Shown: positions 63,779-64,000 of the stretch, in pieces
How the letters are laid out: every line of letters starts with the position of its first letter
How positions within the stretch are numbered: position 1 is the stretch's first letter
From: an uncultured Actinomycetota bacterium
GTDB taxonomy: Bacteria > Actinomycetota > Actinomycetes > Propionibacteriales > Nocardioidaceae
Length of the DNA: 64,000 bases
Direction: 5' to 3'
Assembly: GCA_963785115.1 (NCBI GenBank)
Contig: CAWATY010000007.1
Coordinates: 192,408 to 256,407, forward strand
Notes under the pieces: model-generated
Told to the model about the DNA's origin: nothing
Seen by the model: the letters and a program-made list of their open reading frames with translations, nothing else
Databases searched by the model: none
Position numbers and translations under genes: made by a program

Positions 63779-64000
63779 GCGGGCGATCTCGTAGAGCGCG
63801 ATGCCGGCGGCCACACCGGCGTTGAGCGACTCGAGACCGGAGGCCATCGGGATCGAGACCAACACGTCGCAGTGCTCACGCACCAGCCGGGACAGGCCGG
63901 CACCCTCGCTGCCGACGACGAGGACGAGCGGGCCGTCGGCGAGGTCGAGGTCGACCAGCGAGGTGTCGCCGTCGGCGGCGAGGCCGGCGACCATCAGACC
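63767..64000 (-). CDS. TrmH/SpoU-family RNA 2'-O-methyltransferase (RlmB-like), C-terminal part; continues beyond the window
   Basis: [48 protein letters not shown]. Confidence 0.85.
   Translation of the reverse strand, partial: GLMVAGLAADGDTSLVDLDLADGPLVLVVGSEGAGLSRLVREHCDVLVSIPMASGLESLNAGVAAGIALYEIARRRG

Overview
High-GC actinobacterial chromosome segment. Markers: DUF222/HNH 13E12-type repeats, GroEL2 with CIRCE, OtsAB, an LdtMt-like L,D-transpeptidase and a mycothiol-type DinB protein. A Nocardioidaceae-like origin is only a guess. The ORF track prints M for GTG/TTG starts, so I re-picked many starts from SD spacing and ATGA/GTGA stop-start overlaps. Gene order: (1) LacI fragment, frameshifted pfkB, a DUF4031/LD-carboxypeptidase fusion, cutC. 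(2) A minus-strand form-II (AYRGAGR) CoxSLM-type molybdoenzyme cluster: coxG, coxM, coxL (two frame breaks), coxS, xdhC, coxE, then a secreted DUF1524 nuclease on the other strand, coxD/moxR, a GNAT and a MobA/MocA-like cytidylyltransferase. (3) That mocA-like gene is bracketed by two base-identical 331-bp hairpin-rich units. Each sits 79-80 bp from an array of 11/12-bp-phased GTCCAC boxes. This is my best candidate for something undescribed: a duplicated structured ncRNA gene with an OmpR- or DnaA-type operator. (4) groEL2 with two CIRCE sites. (5) A LacI regulator and, beyond an inserted DUF222/HNH element, an orphan catabolic locus: family-5 ABC importer, cupin, two Gfo/Idh/MocA enzymes, DUF993, TIM-barrel isomerase, PmoA-family protein. 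The locus shares a 14-bp LacI-type operator at four promoters. (6) A SAM-I riboswitch controlling a ThrC-like plus MoaD-like pair (MetM/MetO-type homocysteine synthesis). (7) otsB, LytR_C, DUF3263, otsA; a trypsin-like protease with a cytoplasmic zinc ribbon; lutABC; an L,D-transpeptidase. (8) A lower-GC islet at the 3' side of tRNA-Thr(UGU) holding a C39-like peptidase, a GAF-ANTAR regulator and a cyclase. (9) A second, decayed DUF222/HNH copy. (10) A Ser-rich nonapeptide-repeat membrane protein and a methyltransferase/PLP/MFS/ALO-oxidase operon. (11) A vWA lipoprotein, DUF4032, DinB-like protein, acyl-CoA dehydrogenase, DUF427, ArsR plus SRPBCC, an S33-type hydrolase and a partial rlmB. No rRNA, CRISPR, transposase or integrase was seen. 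Several conserved genes carry single-base frame breaks, which are either real decay or assembly indels.
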